Positions 18,542 through 28,644 of a DNA stretch of 64,000 bases are shown one piece after another. Location of the stretch: positions 30,637-94,636 of the forward strand of contig JASFIV010000001.1 in assembly GCA_050122475.1 (NCBI GenBank). The letters are read 5' to 3'. The notes beneath the pieces were generated by a model. It did not search any database, was not told the origin of the DNA, and saw only the letters and a list, made by a program, of their open reading frames with translations. The stretch is from Desulfobacterales bacterium (lineage in GTDB: Bacteria > Desulfobacterota > Desulfobacteria > Desulfobacterales > JAHEIW01). The position numbers were made by a program, and so were the translations under genes. Position 1 is the first letter of the stretch. The number at the start of each line of letters is the position of its first letter.

Positions 18542-20518
18542 TTAATTATGAAGCTGATTGAGCTGATAATAGAAGCCTTGGCGCGCCATCAATTCCGCAT
18601 GGGTGCCGGTTTCAACAATACGGCCCCTGTTCATAACGATGATTCGATCCGCATGGCGTACGGTCGACAGCCGGTGGGCAACCACCAGAGCCGTTCTGTT
18701 TTTCATCAGTTTCTCAAGGGCATGCTGAATCCATAATTCAGTTTGCGAATCTATATAGGAGGTGGCTTCGTCAAACAATATCAACTCTGGATTGCGGGCA
18801 AATGCCCGTGCAATTGAGATCAGCTGTCGCTCGCCGCTCGAGAGGGATGTCCCTCCCCCGGAGAGGACGGTGTCAAGCCCCTCGGGCAAGCGTTCAATTA
18901 AACTGCTGCAGTTGGCGGCTTCAACGATGCGCTGCATTTGTTCCTCGGTCAATAGCCGGCCATTGTCAAATATATTTTCGCGGATCGTGCCGGAAAACAG
19001 AAACGGTTCCTGCATCACCAGTGCCATCTTATGCCGAAATTCAGCAGCATCAAATTCTCTGAGGTCCACATTGTTAATCAGGATGCGACCCGCCGTTGGG
19101 TCATAAAATCGGGGAATCAGATTTACCAGTGAGGTCTTACCGGCGCCGGTTGGGCCGACCACAGCCACCGTGTCGCCGGCTTTTATGCGCAATGATATGT
19201 TTTTGAGCACCTTCTCGTCGCCAATATAGCTGAAGCAAACATCTTCCAGTCGGATTTCATAGATACGGTCCAAACCCGGCAAGTCAGGTCGAAGCCGGTC
19301 TTTTGGCAGGCGGTGCTGTGTATCCAGAATCAACAATATCCGCTCAGCCGAGGACATTGCATTTTGTAGAATATTATATTTTTCAGCCAGATCTCTAATC
19401 GGCCTGAAAAACATCTTGATATATGAGATAAATGCCACCAGGGTTCCCAGACTGAGCGCTTCCCCGAGCACGCGACTGCCGCCATAGAAAATGATAACCG
19501 CAATGGCAACCACTCCCATCAGCTCAATGATGGGCATAAAGATGGCCAGTACATGAATCTGGCGCATCCCGGCCTTGTAATTTTCATGGTTCAGCCGCCT
19601 GAACTTTTTGTAATTTTGCGATTCCTGCACGAGAAGCTGAATGACACCGATGCCCTCGATGGTTTCAGCAAAGCGGGTGTTGATTTCGGCCAGTTTAATT
19701 CTCAGCGTGCGAAAAACGTCCCGGGCTTTAACGGAAAATATGGCCGAAGCATAAAAAACGATAGGCAAAACCGTAAACGATGCCAGGGCAAGCTTCCAGT
19801 TGAGAACCAACATGATGGCGGCGATCCCGATCAATAGAAAGATATCTTTAAAAACCAATGAAATGACCGAGGTAAATAATTCATGCATGTTCTGGACATC
19901 ATTGGTCAGCCGGGTGACCAGACGGCCTACCGGATTGCGCGTAAAAAATTCGATGGCCAAATTCTGGACGTGCCTAAATAACTTCATCCGCAAATCATGC
20001 ATAATCATGTGACCACAGTATTCCATAATCATTTTCTGGCTAAAATTGAGGATGAAATTAACAAAGATGATGGCCAAAAAGACGAGTGCCATTTTACCCA
20101 GTCCAACAACATCAGCGTGACGTAACATTTTCAGATCGGATTTCTCAATCTTGCTCAGGGCATCAAATGAGATGCGCGCCGTGCGGCCCTCCAATTGGAA
20201 TAAAGCGCTATATTTTTCAACCACCGCGCGCTGCCGGGGATCGTCCAGATCCGCCTTCAGATATCGTTTTGGATGCCTGTCACTTTGTGAATCAGCCGTT
20301 TTCTCTAATGAGGTTTGCGGGACGATGTAGCGGTCAATGGCAATCTTGGTTACGAATGGCAGCGCAAGATCCAAGGCGGTTATGCCCAAAACCAACAGGA
20401 TTGAATAGAAAATCAGGCTGCGATAGGCGCTCACAAACGGCAGCAATCTTTTCAACAGCTTGAGGTCATAGGGCTTGCCCAGCTGCGCTTCTTCAAAATA
20501 TCCATAATCAGGATGCAT
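18542..20518 (-). CDS. ABC exporter, fused permease/ATPase (MdlB/MsbA-like half transporter)
   Basis: Has six predicted TM helices, then Walker A GPTGAGKTS, signature LSSGERQ and Walker B LILFDEATS. It overlaps the upstream partner by 11 nt. Confidence 0.85.
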   Translation of the reverse strand: MHPDYGYFEEAQLGKPYDLKLLKRLLPFVSAYRSLIFYSILLVLGITALDLALPFVTKIAIDRYIVPQTSLEKTADSQSDRHPKRYLKADLDDPRQRAVVEKYSALFQLEGRTARISFDALSKIEKSDLKMLRHADVVGLGKMALVFLAIIFVNFILNFSQKMIMEYCGHMIMHDLRMKLFRHVQNLAIEFFTRNPVGRLVTRLTNDVQNMHELFTSVISLVFKDIFLLIGIAAIMLVLNWKLALASFTVLPIVFYASAIFSVKARDVFRTLRIKLAEINTRFAETIEGIGVIQLLVQESQNYKKFRRLNHENYKAGMRQIHVLAIFMPIIELMGVVAIAVIIFYGGSRVLGEALSLGTLVAFISYIKMFFRPIRDLAEKYNILQNAMSSAERILLILDTQHRLPKDRLRPDLPGLDRIYEIRLEDVCFSYIGDEKVLKNISLRIKAGDTVAVVGPTGAGKTSLVNLIPRFYDPTAGRILINNVDLREFDAAEFRHKMALVMQEPFLFSGTIRENIFDNGRLLTEEQMQRIVEAANCSSLIERLPEGLDTVLSGGGTSLSSGERQLISIARAFARNPELILFDEATSYIDSQTELWIQHALEKLMKNRTALVVAHRLSTVRHADRIIVMNRGRIVETGTHAELMARQGFYYQLNQLHN

Positions 20519-22262
20519 TCAAATCCTCTTCCAATTCTTGCAGACGAAAGGCTCTGGCATAATATCCATCGGTTGCGATCAAATCATCGTGAGCGCCCTG
20601 TTCCGCAATACGGCCCTGCTCAAGTGTGATAATTTGATCTGCAAAGCGCACGGCCGAGATCCGATGGGATACGATGATGATCGTTTTCTGGCCGATCATC
20701 TTTTTAAGTGTTTGGACGATGGCATTGCCGGTTGCCAGATCCACTTGGCTGATGGGATCATCCAGAATGAGTATCCCGGCATCCTGGTTTAATGCCCGCG
20801 CCAGTGCAATGCGCTGTTTTTGGCCGCCGGATAAGATTACCCCTTTTTCACCGACAATGGTTTCATACGCTTTCGGAAACGCCTGGATCGTATCATAAAG
20901 CTCGGCTTTTTGGGTAACCTGCTGCAGGCGGGATTCTGCAATCAGCGGATCGTCAAAAGTGATATTTTCCCTGATGGTTCCGGCAAACAGGAAAGGCTCT
21001 TGAGGCATGAAGGCAATATGCGACCTTAAGCTGTCGATTGTTAACGCTCGAACATCCTGGCCATCAACGCAAATGTTGCCCCGGGCTACCTCATATTGTC
21101 TGGGTATCAGGCTCACCAGCGTGGTTTTGCCACTGCCTGGAGGGCCGACGATACCCAGAACGCTGCCCGGCTCAACCGTCAGCGTTATCCCGGAAAGAGC
21201 CGGCGGGTTGCCATTACCGTTGGATTTATAACTGAAACCAACATTTTCAAAGACGATGCGGCCCTCAAACCGTCTCAGCGGCACTGCGTGCCTGTCATCT
21301 TCTATTTCCGGACGGGTTTCCAGAATTCGATTCAGGCGATCCAGGGACGCCCGACCGCGTTGAATCAAGTTGGTCACCCAACCCAATGCCATCATGGGCC
21401 AGGTCAATAAAGCCAAATAGCTGATGAAAGCCACAAAGTCTCCGGGAGTTATCGTTTGGGCGATGGTCTGGCGACCGCCTAGATACAACACGATTGCCAG
21501 ACTTAAATTGGTAAATAGCAACATCAGCGGGAAAAAGGATCCCACAATTTTGACCAGGTCCAAATTTTCTTTGACATATGCTTTTGAAACGGCGCCAACC
21601 CGGTTTGCTGCTTTTTCTTTATGGTTATGGGCCTTGATGATGCGAATTCCTGAGAAGCGTTCTCGAATGACCTCGGTCAGGTCCGAAAAAGCGGCCTGAA
21701 CGCTTTGATAGCGTTGGTGCATTTGTTTGCTGAAAAATTTTGTACTAAGGGTAATCAACGGCATCGGGATCAATACAAAAAGCGTCAGCGTGATGTTGAT
21801 ATAGAGCATGAAACCGATGGCGGCGGCACCCAGGACGATAGCATCATTCATGGCGACCAGACCCATTCCGGTTGCCATGCGAACCTGCTGAATATCATTG
21901 GTGGCATGCGCCATTAGATCACCGGTCTGAGTGCGATCAAAAAAAGACGCCGAAAGTGTCTGGACATGGGCAAACAGGCGGTTGCGCAAACCTTCCTCAA
22001 CGCGCCGCGATGCGCCCAGCAGACAGCGACGCCAGACATATCGAAAACCGCCAATCAATATGGCAATGACGGCCATGTAGATTGCGTACAGCAATAATTG
22101 GTCCGTTTCGATTTGTAAAGCGGTCAGGCCATCAACCGACCATTTGATGATGCGTGGTATGAAAAGCTGCAGCATGTCAACCACAATTAAACTGAACAGG
22201 CCAATTGCGATTTTCAAGCGATTTTCTCTGAGGTAGGGTTTGATTAGGGCTAAAGATTTCAT
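20508..22262 (-). CDS. ABC exporter, fused permease/ATPase (MdlA-like half transporter)
   Basis: Has Walker A GPPGSGKTT, signature LSGGQKQ and Walker B ILILDDPIS. The first ATG is at 22262; the ORF maximum with a TTG start reaches 22277. Confidence 0.85.
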   Translation of the reverse strand: MKSLALIKPYLRENRLKIAIGLFSLIVVDMLQLFIPRIIKWSVDGLTALQIETDQLLLYAIYMAVIAILIGGFRYVWRRCLLGASRRVEEGLRNRLFAHVQTLSASFFDRTQTGDLMAHATNDIQQVRMATGMGLVAMNDAIVLGAAAIGFMLYINITLTLFVLIPMPLITLSTKFFSKQMHQRYQSVQAAFSDLTEVIRERFSGIRIIKAHNHKEKAANRVGAVSKAYVKENLDLVKIVGSFFPLMLLFTNLSLAIVLYLGGRQTIAQTITPGDFVAFISYLALLTWPMMALGWVTNLIQRGRASLDRLNRILETRPEIEDDRHAVPLRRFEGRIVFENVGFSYKSNGNGNPPALSGITLTVEPGSVLGIVGPPGSGKTTLVSLIPRQYEVARGNICVDGQDVRALTIDSLRSHIAFMPQEPFLFAGTIRENITFDDPLIAESRLQQVTQKAELYDTIQAFPKAYETIVGEKGVILSGGQKQRIALARALNQDAGILILDDPISQVDLATGNAIVQTLKKMIGQKTIIIVSHRISAVRFADQIITLEQGRIAEQGAHDDLIATDGYYARAFRLQELEEDLNAS

Positions 22263-22363
22263 GAGGTGGTGCTTCAACTCGTTGATTTTTTATAACAGAC
22301 TGAAAATAAATAGGATTTTTTCTTGCGTTGACTTCATCTCAGTCGGTTGTTATTGTAATTTTT

Positions 22364-24358
22364 ATGGAATCAGGATGTATCGTCGAATATATAGACCGCC
22401 AGAAAATAATGTGTGCGGTTGTCCTTGAAGTCAAGAACCAGCGGCTACGGTTGTTAACGGAAAACAATCGAGAGGTCAACCTTTCGCGTAAACGACTGCT
22501 GCACAGAGACAAAATACGCCTTGATCTTGCCCTGGGACGAGATCGGACGGTCGAGGCTTTAAAAGAAGTTGTTCGCAAACGGGAAGAACTCATTAATAAT
22601 ATTGATATCCGCGATTTATGGGAATTACTGAATACTGAACAAGATTGGATCGACCTGGCGACCATGACCGAGTTTTGCTTTCCGGAAAGTGCATCTGGCG
22701 ATCACGAAGCAGCCGTTATGCGGGCGTTATTTAATGACCGGCTCTATTTCAAATTTAATCCAGACGGGTTTCGCCCCAATTCAGAAAGACAGGTAGAATT
22801 GCTTGCGGCCCAGCGAAAAGAGGCGCAACGGAAGCAGGAGCTGATTGAAGCCGGTGGTAGCTGGCTCAAAAGCATGCTGAATTCAACCGGACCCATTGAT
22901 CTTGCTTCGGTTGCAACGAATGTTCAGGAGTTTGTTGAAATCCTGAAGTCGTACTATCTTTTTGGTAAAGAAAGTAATGACTATAAAATTGCCAAGAGCT
23001 TGACGGCCAGAGCTGGTGTTGAAAGTCTGCAGAATATATTCCGGGTCCTCGTGCGATTGGGTGTGTTCGATGAAAATGAAAACCTTGAGCTGCTGCGCCA
23101 CCAGATATCAGCTGATTTTAATGAAACGGTTTTGAACCGTGCGGCACAGATTGTCAGCTCAAGCCCGATGGTGACTGCTGCTGAGCGACGTGATCTGACC
23201 CACCTGTCCCTGATGACTATCGATGGCCAGGGAACGCTTGATTTTGATGACGCCATCAGCATAGAAGAAACAAATGATGCATTTCGACTGGGCGTTCACA
23301 TCGCGGATGTTGGTCACTTCATTAAAAAATATGATGTTGTTGATCAAGAGGCGAGCGTGCGCGGCAGCTCCACTTACATGCCGGATCAGAAAATTTCTAT
23401 GCTGCCATCGGTTCTGGCAGAAGGCCTCTGCAGCCTAAAGGCCGGCGAGCTGCGTCCGGCCATCAGCATTATGATTGATCTGAGCCCGCAGGCTGAAGTT
23501 GTAAGCACCGAGATCTTGCAAAGCCTGATTAAAGTCAAGCATCAGTTGACCTATTACGATGTCAATAATGCCGTGGATGAAATTCCACAGATGCATATTT
23601 TACAGGATATCGCCAAAAAATATCGCCAGAAAAGGTTGGATGAGGGGGCCATACAGATTACGGTGCCGGAGATCAGCATCTGGGTCAATGAAAACCAGGA
23701 TGTTTCTGTTAATCAGGTAAACCGGGAAAGTCCGGGCAGGATGCTGGTTTCAGAGCTAATGATCATGGCCAACTGGTTAATGGCAAATCATTTAAAAGAG
23801 CGCCAGTTACCGGCCATTTTCAGATCGCAACGCGAGCCCCGGGAACGGCTATATAAAAACAATGCCGGTACGCTTTATCAGAACTGGATGCAACGCCGGC
23901 TTCTCAGCCGCTTCATATTGAACACCAAGCCCAATCGGCATTCAGGGTTGGGATTAGATGCATACATCACCGCAACTTCTCCGATTCGAAAATATTCGGA
24001 TCTAATCAATCAGCGCCAGATCAGGGCATCACTCGGATTGGAAACGGCGTATAGCTCCGATCAAATTTCGGATATCATAAATTCCCTCGAGATACCGATG
24101 AGTCTTGTGGGGCGCCTTCAATACACACGCCATCGGTATTGGCTATTAAAATATCTTGAAAATCAAATCGGGCAAAAAGAAGAGGCCATTGTCCTGCATA
24201 AGGCCCGCAGAAAATATCAGATTCTTTTAACTCAGTATATGTTGGAGTGCGATTTACCGATATCCGGCGGTATTGAATTAAAGCCGGAAGATTTGATCCA
24301 GGTGACCATTCAGCGCGTTAGTGCAAGGCAGGATATTATCCAAGTCGCCATCGGCTAG
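22364..24358 (+). CDS. RNase II/R-family 3'-5' exoribonuclease (RNB domain)
   Basis: The RNB catalytic region MTIDGQGTLDFDDAISIE is present and there is a C-terminal S1-like segment. The start is uncertain (ATG 22364 versus TTG 22328). Confidence 0.75.
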   Translation: MESGCIVEYIDRQKIMCAVVLEVKNQRLRLLTENNREVNLSRKRLLHRDKIRLDLALGRDRTVEALKEVVRKREELINNIDIRDLWELLNTEQDWIDLATMTEFCFPESASGDHEAAVMRALFNDRLYFKFNPDGFRPNSERQVELLAAQRKEAQRKQELIEAGGSWLKSMLNSTGPIDLASVATNVQEFVEILKSYYLFGKESNDYKIAKSLTARAGVESLQNIFRVLVRLGVFDENENLELLRHQISADFNETVLNRAAQIVSSSPMVTAAERRDLTHLSLMTIDGQGTLDFDDAISIEETNDAFRLGVHIADVGHFIKKYDVVDQEASVRGSSTYMPDQKISMLPSVLAEGLCSLKAGELRPAISIMIDLSPQAEVVSTEILQSLIKVKHQLTYYDVNNAVDEIPQMHILQDIAKKYRQKRLDEGAIQITVPEISIWVNENQDVSVNQVNRESPGRMLVSELMIMANWLMANHLKERQLPAIFRSQREPRERLYKNNAGTLYQNWMQRRLLSRFILNTKPNRHSGLGLDAYITATSPIRKYSDLINQRQIRASLGLETAYSSDQISDIINSLEIPMSLVGRLQYTRHRYWLLKYLENQIGQKEEAIVLHKARRKYQILLTQYMLECDLPISGGIELKPEDLIQVTIQRVSARQDIIQVAIG

Positions 24359-24374
24359 TACCTGAATTTTGCAT

Positions 24375-24492
24375 GAAAATTAATGAGAAGTTAAGCTAAC
24401 ACTAAATGTCACCAAGCTAAGCAAATTATAGAAGTAATATAAAATACCGATCAGGTATGAAGGATTAACATCATTTTATCTCATTAATTTTC
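24375..24492. repeat. Perfect 14-bp inverted repeat GAAAATTAATGAGA / TCTCATTAATTTTC flanking about 90 nt
   Basis: Arms lie at 24375-24388 and 24479-24492. The left arm is part of a ~27-nt motif that recurs at 30728-30745. Confidence 0.8.
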
Positions 24493-24508
24493 ACCCGGCG
24501 GGCGAGCC

Positions 24509-24592
24509 GGAGGCTTCCATCTGCTGCGTTATTCAGGGCGAAGCATAGTTCACTATCGCTTAACCCTGAAGTGCCTTGCATATGAAAGCCTC
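24509..24592. repeat. Long imperfect hairpin
   Basis: ggaggcttccatctgctgcgttattcagggcgaagc pairs with gcttaaccctgaagtgccttgcatatgaaagcctc. Confidence 0.7.
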
Positions 24593-24894
24593 TGACTCGT
24601 GCAAAGGTCAGGTATCTCTTCCCTTTCTAAATGGCCTTTTTTCCGCTGGCCTGCGTTCTCCGCCGTTTTCTGTCTGCGACGTACTTCAAGTACGCCGCAA
24701 ACAAAAAACCTTGTGCGGATTGTTGAACACCTTAACTATCATAAGGTGAGATGTGAAATCCCGCCGTAAGGCGGGGCCCACCAAAAAAATGCTCATCTAT
24801 AAAGGGAAATGATATCATATTAAATTAAATTCCACGTTTTATGAGATAAGGCAGAGATTACCGGTAACGCCGTAATATATTGTTATGGGCTATC

Positions 24895-25026
24895 GGAATA
24901 TTGGAATGCTGGAATATTGGATTTGAAGGGATGAGATCTGCTAAGATTCAGATACCCTTAATTCAAAATTAAAATCAGGATATCATCCTCCTTCCATACC
25001 CAATCTTCCATTATTCCATTATTCCA
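24895..25026. repeat. Word-repeat hairpin, GGAATATTGGAAT family, copy 1
   Basis: ggaatattggaatgctggaatattgga pairs with ttccatacccaatcttccattattccattattcca. The same family occurs at 56538-56664. Confidence 0.8.
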
Positions 25027-25095
25027 GGTGGCAACTGAAGGGCAGGAACACCCCTTGACATCAGGGTAATTTTTGACGCTCAATGTCTGATCGCA

Positions 25096-25575
25096 TTATC
25101 TGAAGGAAATGACGGTTCCGCTGGTGATCGTTTTGAGATCGTCGGGGGTCAATTTGAAAACAGCGTGAGGTGTGCCGGCAGCAGCCCAGATTTCATCATA
25201 CTGCAGCAGATCTTCGTCAATAAAAACTTTAAGCGGGTTGTCATGTCCGACCGGTGGTACCCCGCCGATGGCAAAACCGGTCATCTGGCGAACATAATCG
25301 GGTTTTGCCATTTTAATGGCTTCAGACACAGATTGCTCAATGGCGCGCTCATTTACCCGGTTGGCTCCGCTGGCGGCTACCAAAATAGGTTGATGAGACT
25401 GCTGGCCTTCAAAGATAAGCGATTTGACAATCTGTCCCACCTGGCATCCGACAGCCCGTGCTGCATCAGACGCACTGCGTGTTGTATCCGTCATCTGAAC
25501 AACTTCGCAGTTCAGATTATGGGCTTTTAAGGCTTCCTGCACTTTCCGGGCACTGGGTTTTAATTTTTCCTTCAT
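25096..25575 (-). CDS. YbaK/EbsC-type aminoacyl-tRNA editing (deacylase) domain protein
   Basis: About 159 aa counted from ATG 25575, with GGAGG 4 nt upstream. GQIVKSLIF and GGVPPVGH segments are typical of the YbaK fold. The ORF-track N-terminal extension to 25701 is unlikely. Confidence 0.65.
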   Translation of the reverse strand: MKEKLKPSARKVQEALKAHNLNCEVVQMTDTTRSASDAARAVGCQVGQIVKSLIFEGQQSHQPILVAASGANRVNERAIEQSVSEAIKMAKPDYVRQMTGFAIGGVPPVGHDNPLKVFIDEDLLQYDEIWAAAGTPHAVFKLTPDDLKTITSGTVISFR

Positions 25576-25939
25576 CGTTCCTCCATTTCCGGTTGCTAAA
25601 CACATTGGCATTAATACGCTCCTGTGGCAAGTGTTTATTCCAGCATTATAGTGGTTGTCAAAAAAACTTCCCGATTGCGGAGCGCTTTTTTGCAACAACA
25701 CTTATGCCGCCATCTTTTCCTCGGAACCTTATTATGACAAGCGGTACAAATACCCTATCCAGAGTGTATCTGGCATATACCCCGCTTTACGGATGACAGA
25801 GACTAGAGGCGTTGTCATCCCCCAATACTTTATCCACTATGGTTAGTCCCCGAAGGCCAGTCAAGATGAACTAAGTTATCATCAATTTTATGAATGCCTT
25901 TCAATTTTCAATTATTTGTTGATTTGATCACGTTTTGTA

Positions 25940-25963
25940 ATAATCAGTAATTATAATGATTAT
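25940..25963. promoter_or_regulatory. Inverted repeat ATAATCA-N10-TGATTAT in the divergent ybaK-like/tetR promoter region (candidate TetR operator)
   Basis: The 7-bp arms are perfect, at 25940-25946 and 25957-25963. The surrounding region is AT-rich and has a TTGACT..TATAAT-like promoter downstream. Confidence 0.25.
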
Positions 25964-26089
25964 AGAGTGATAGAGAAGTATTTGCCCTTATTGCGCATCC
26001 GTAGGTGTAAATATTTTACTTGACTAAATAATAAATAATAATTACATAGTCATATTATAAATAAATATTATTCAGGAAGGATCTGAGCT

Positions 26090-26719
26090 ATGGGAATCCA
26101 GGAAAGGAAAGAAAGGGAAAAAGAAAGGCGACGGCAACAGATTATGGTTGCTGCCAAACGCGTTTTCTCCGAAAAAGGTTTCAACAAAGCCACCATGGAA
26201 GACATCGCTCAGGAAGCTGAACTTAGCCCGGGTACATTATATTTGTACTTTAAGAACAAAGAAGAGCTTTATGCGTCGTTGTCACTTCGGATTCTTCAAT
26301 ACCTTTTAATCCGAGTCGAACATGTCAATGAAGAAAAGGATTCCGGGCCCGAGCAAAAGTTAAAGTCTCTTGTCGATGCAATGTACGATGTTTATGAATT
26401 TGATCCGTTAATTATTATCAACATGTTTCACCTTCAGTCCAGTGAAACCCTGAAAAATTTGTCGCCGCAGCTCATGGAAGAAATAAAAACGCTGTCGCGC
26501 AAATCGCTGGGTTCCATTGCCCAGATATTCAAGGAAGGCGTAGAAAAGGGTATTTTTATCGACAAACATCCGGTGGCTCTGGCGGACACATTTTGGGCCT
26601 TATTCTCCGGAGTGGTTTTATGGTTGACCAGCAAAAAAATTATTGATGAACGCAAAGATTATCTAAAACAGACCCTTGACGTTGGTTTTGACATTTTCTG
26701 TCGCGGACTCAAGAAATGA
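26090..26719 (+). CDS. TetR/AcrR-family transcriptional regulator
   Basis: Has the N-terminal HTH ATMEDIAQEAELSPGTLYLYFKNKEELY. AGGAAGGA lies upstream of the ATG. Confidence 0.85.
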   Translation: MGIQERKEREKERRRQQIMVAAKRVFSEKGFNKATMEDIAQEAELSPGTLYLYFKNKEELYASLSLRILQYLLIRVEHVNEEKDSGPEQKLKSLVDAMYDVYEFDPLIIINMFHLQSSETLKNLSPQLMEEIKTLSRKSLGSIAQIFKEGVEKGIFIDKHPVALADTFWALFSGVVLWLTSKKIIDERKDYLKQTLDVGFDIFCRGLKK

Positions 26720-26881
26720 TTTCTTCTCCGAAGTAACAAATTCTTCCTGATCGTTTGCCTGGTGCTGTCCAATACGCAAGTGCTCATACCATCAGGTTTA
26801 CCGGTTGCCAGTTGAGCCAGTTAGGCCCGTCAAAAAAAGGAATAATAGCGGATTTTTTTACCGGCTCAACGTGCGCAACCC

Positions 26882-28510
26882 CTAAAACAGCTTCGTAATT
26901 TCATCCACTTCAAAACTGGGCCAGGGCACCGGCTTTTTGCCCTTATAGGCCTGGATTTCCTGGCCCTTGTCCGATACCTCTCCGATACAGGTGATCTCAA
27001 CGCCGGCGGCATCAATTCGTTGCATCAATTCCTCGCTATCCGCATTGCGGCAGCATATTAAGAGACTGCCGGAACCAATCAATCCCAGCGGATCAATATC
27101 CAACAAGTCACATATTTTTCGCGTTTCGGGATAAACGGGTATTTGATTCATGTTTACTTTGATCTTATGTCCCCCTGCAATGCTCAATTCCGCCAAAGCC
27201 GCTGCCAGCCCACCTTCGGTTACATCATGCATGGCACTGGTTCCCGGGTTTTCGGCGGCAATTTTCGCTTCAGTTATGATGCTGATTTGATCTAAAAATT
27301 GACGGCAGTGAGCAATCTTGTTTTTCGAAATACCCATTTGCGCGAGACGATCGCTAAATTCCCTGGCAATGATGGCGGTTCCTTCGATGGCCACTTTCTT
27401 GGTGAATAGCACCCGGTCACCTTTTTCCATCCGGCGTTTGTCGATCAGATCGTTGCGGGAAACCGTCCCGGCCATCATGCCGGCAACAATGGGTCTGACG
27501 ACAGCCTCGGTAATTTCTGTGTGCCCGCCGCATAATGTAATCCCCCAGTGTCGGCAATATTGTTTAAGTTCTTCAAACACACTTTTAATTTGTGACGGCG
27601 TTGTGCCGCAGGGAAAAAAAAGCGTGGTCAGGAACCATCTGGGGATCGCTCCGGAGGTGGCAATGTCATTGGCATTGATCAAAACGGCATATTGTCCGAT
27701 GGAATCGGTGGCAAACGTGATTGGATCGGATTTTAGTACCAACACATCCTCAGATTCAATATCAACCGCCGCAATATCTTCGCCTACACCTGGATTGATC
27801 AATACGCTCGGATCTTCAAAAACAAATTGATTCAGAAATTCGCGTAAAAAATGATTCGGCAATTTACCCGTCGGCAGCGAAATGCCCATACGAACGGTAT
27901 CGATAATATCCCGAATGTGACCAATCACAAAATCGGCTTTGACGGTCTGAGGTTCAGATTGAAGTCGCTCGTTCAGAAAGATCGTCAGGGCACCTTGTTT
28001 TCGGGCATTTTCAATTACAGATGGATTCGCCGATGCAACCACCATATTTTCGATAGTAACCTTTAGCCGTTCAGCCGCCAGTCCAATCAATTCTGTCGTC
28101 GGTCTTTGATATGCAATATCGTCCCGGCTGAAGATAAAGTCGAAATCTTTCTCACCGATCGTCTCGAACGCCTGCAAACTGCGCCGGATGGTGTTTAACT
28201 CTGAGTGGCTGATAATGCCGATCCGCAGGTCCTTTGCAAGCAAATAGTCAAGGATTTCCATCGCGGAAGGATGCGGTTCAGGGCTCAGCGCTGCAATTTT
28301 TTCCTGAGCGTTGAGCTTCGCCAGAGTATCATTTTTATCTGGCACATCCGGAAGACTTAATATAAATTCCAGCACGGTTTTTTGCATCGGGCAGCCGATG
28401 GCTGCCTTCAGCGTCTCTATTGACTGTTGATCCTGCCGGATAACAGTACCCTCCCAGTAAAATAAAACTGCCTTGATATGGTAGGGCCGATCGTTCATAG
28501 CGGATTTCAA
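26882..28510 (-). CDS. Fusion protein: degenerate HAD-like N-terminal domain plus AIR-synthase-related (PurM/ThiL/HypE superfamily) C-terminal domains
   Basis: The C-terminal part has GVGEDIAAVDI and a PurM-like layout (NDIATSGA.., LCGGHTEIT). The N-terminal part has HAD-like spacing but reads LFYWEGTVI where canonical motif I is FDxDGTL. The start is either TTG 28510 or ATG 28498. Confidence 0.65.
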   Translation of the reverse strand: MKSAMNDRPYHIKAVLFYWEGTVIRQDQQSIETLKAAIGCPMQKTVLEFILSLPDVPDKNDTLAKLNAQEKIAALSPEPHPSAMEILDYLLAKDLRIGIISHSELNTIRRSLQAFETIGEKDFDFIFSRDDIAYQRPTTELIGLAAERLKVTIENMVVASANPSVIENARKQGALTIFLNERLQSEPQTVKADFVIGHIRDIIDTVRMGISLPTGKLPNHFLREFLNQFVFEDPSVLINPGVGEDIAAVDIESEDVLVLKSDPITFATDSIGQYAVLINANDIATSGAIPRWFLTTLFFPCGTTPSQIKSVFEELKQYCRHWGITLCGGHTEITEAVVRPIVAGMMAGTVSRNDLIDKRRMEKGDRVLFTKKVAIEGTAIIAREFSDRLAQMGISKNKIAHCRQFLDQISIITEAKIAAENPGTSAMHDVTEGGLAAALAELSIAGGHKIKVNMNQIPVYPETRKICDLLDIDPLGLIGSGSLLICCRNADSEELMQRIDAAGVEITCIGEVSDKGQEIQAYKGKKPVPWPSFEVDEITKLF

Positions 28511-28644
28511 GATAAATCAGATTTGTTTATGCCTATAAATTTTCTTTCCATGACAGAATGCAATTGAAAAGTCAAACCGCCCGGATTCCAGTTGCTTTGC
28601 GGGCTCATACAGATTTTGACAATTGTGGATTTCAGGTTTAAAAA

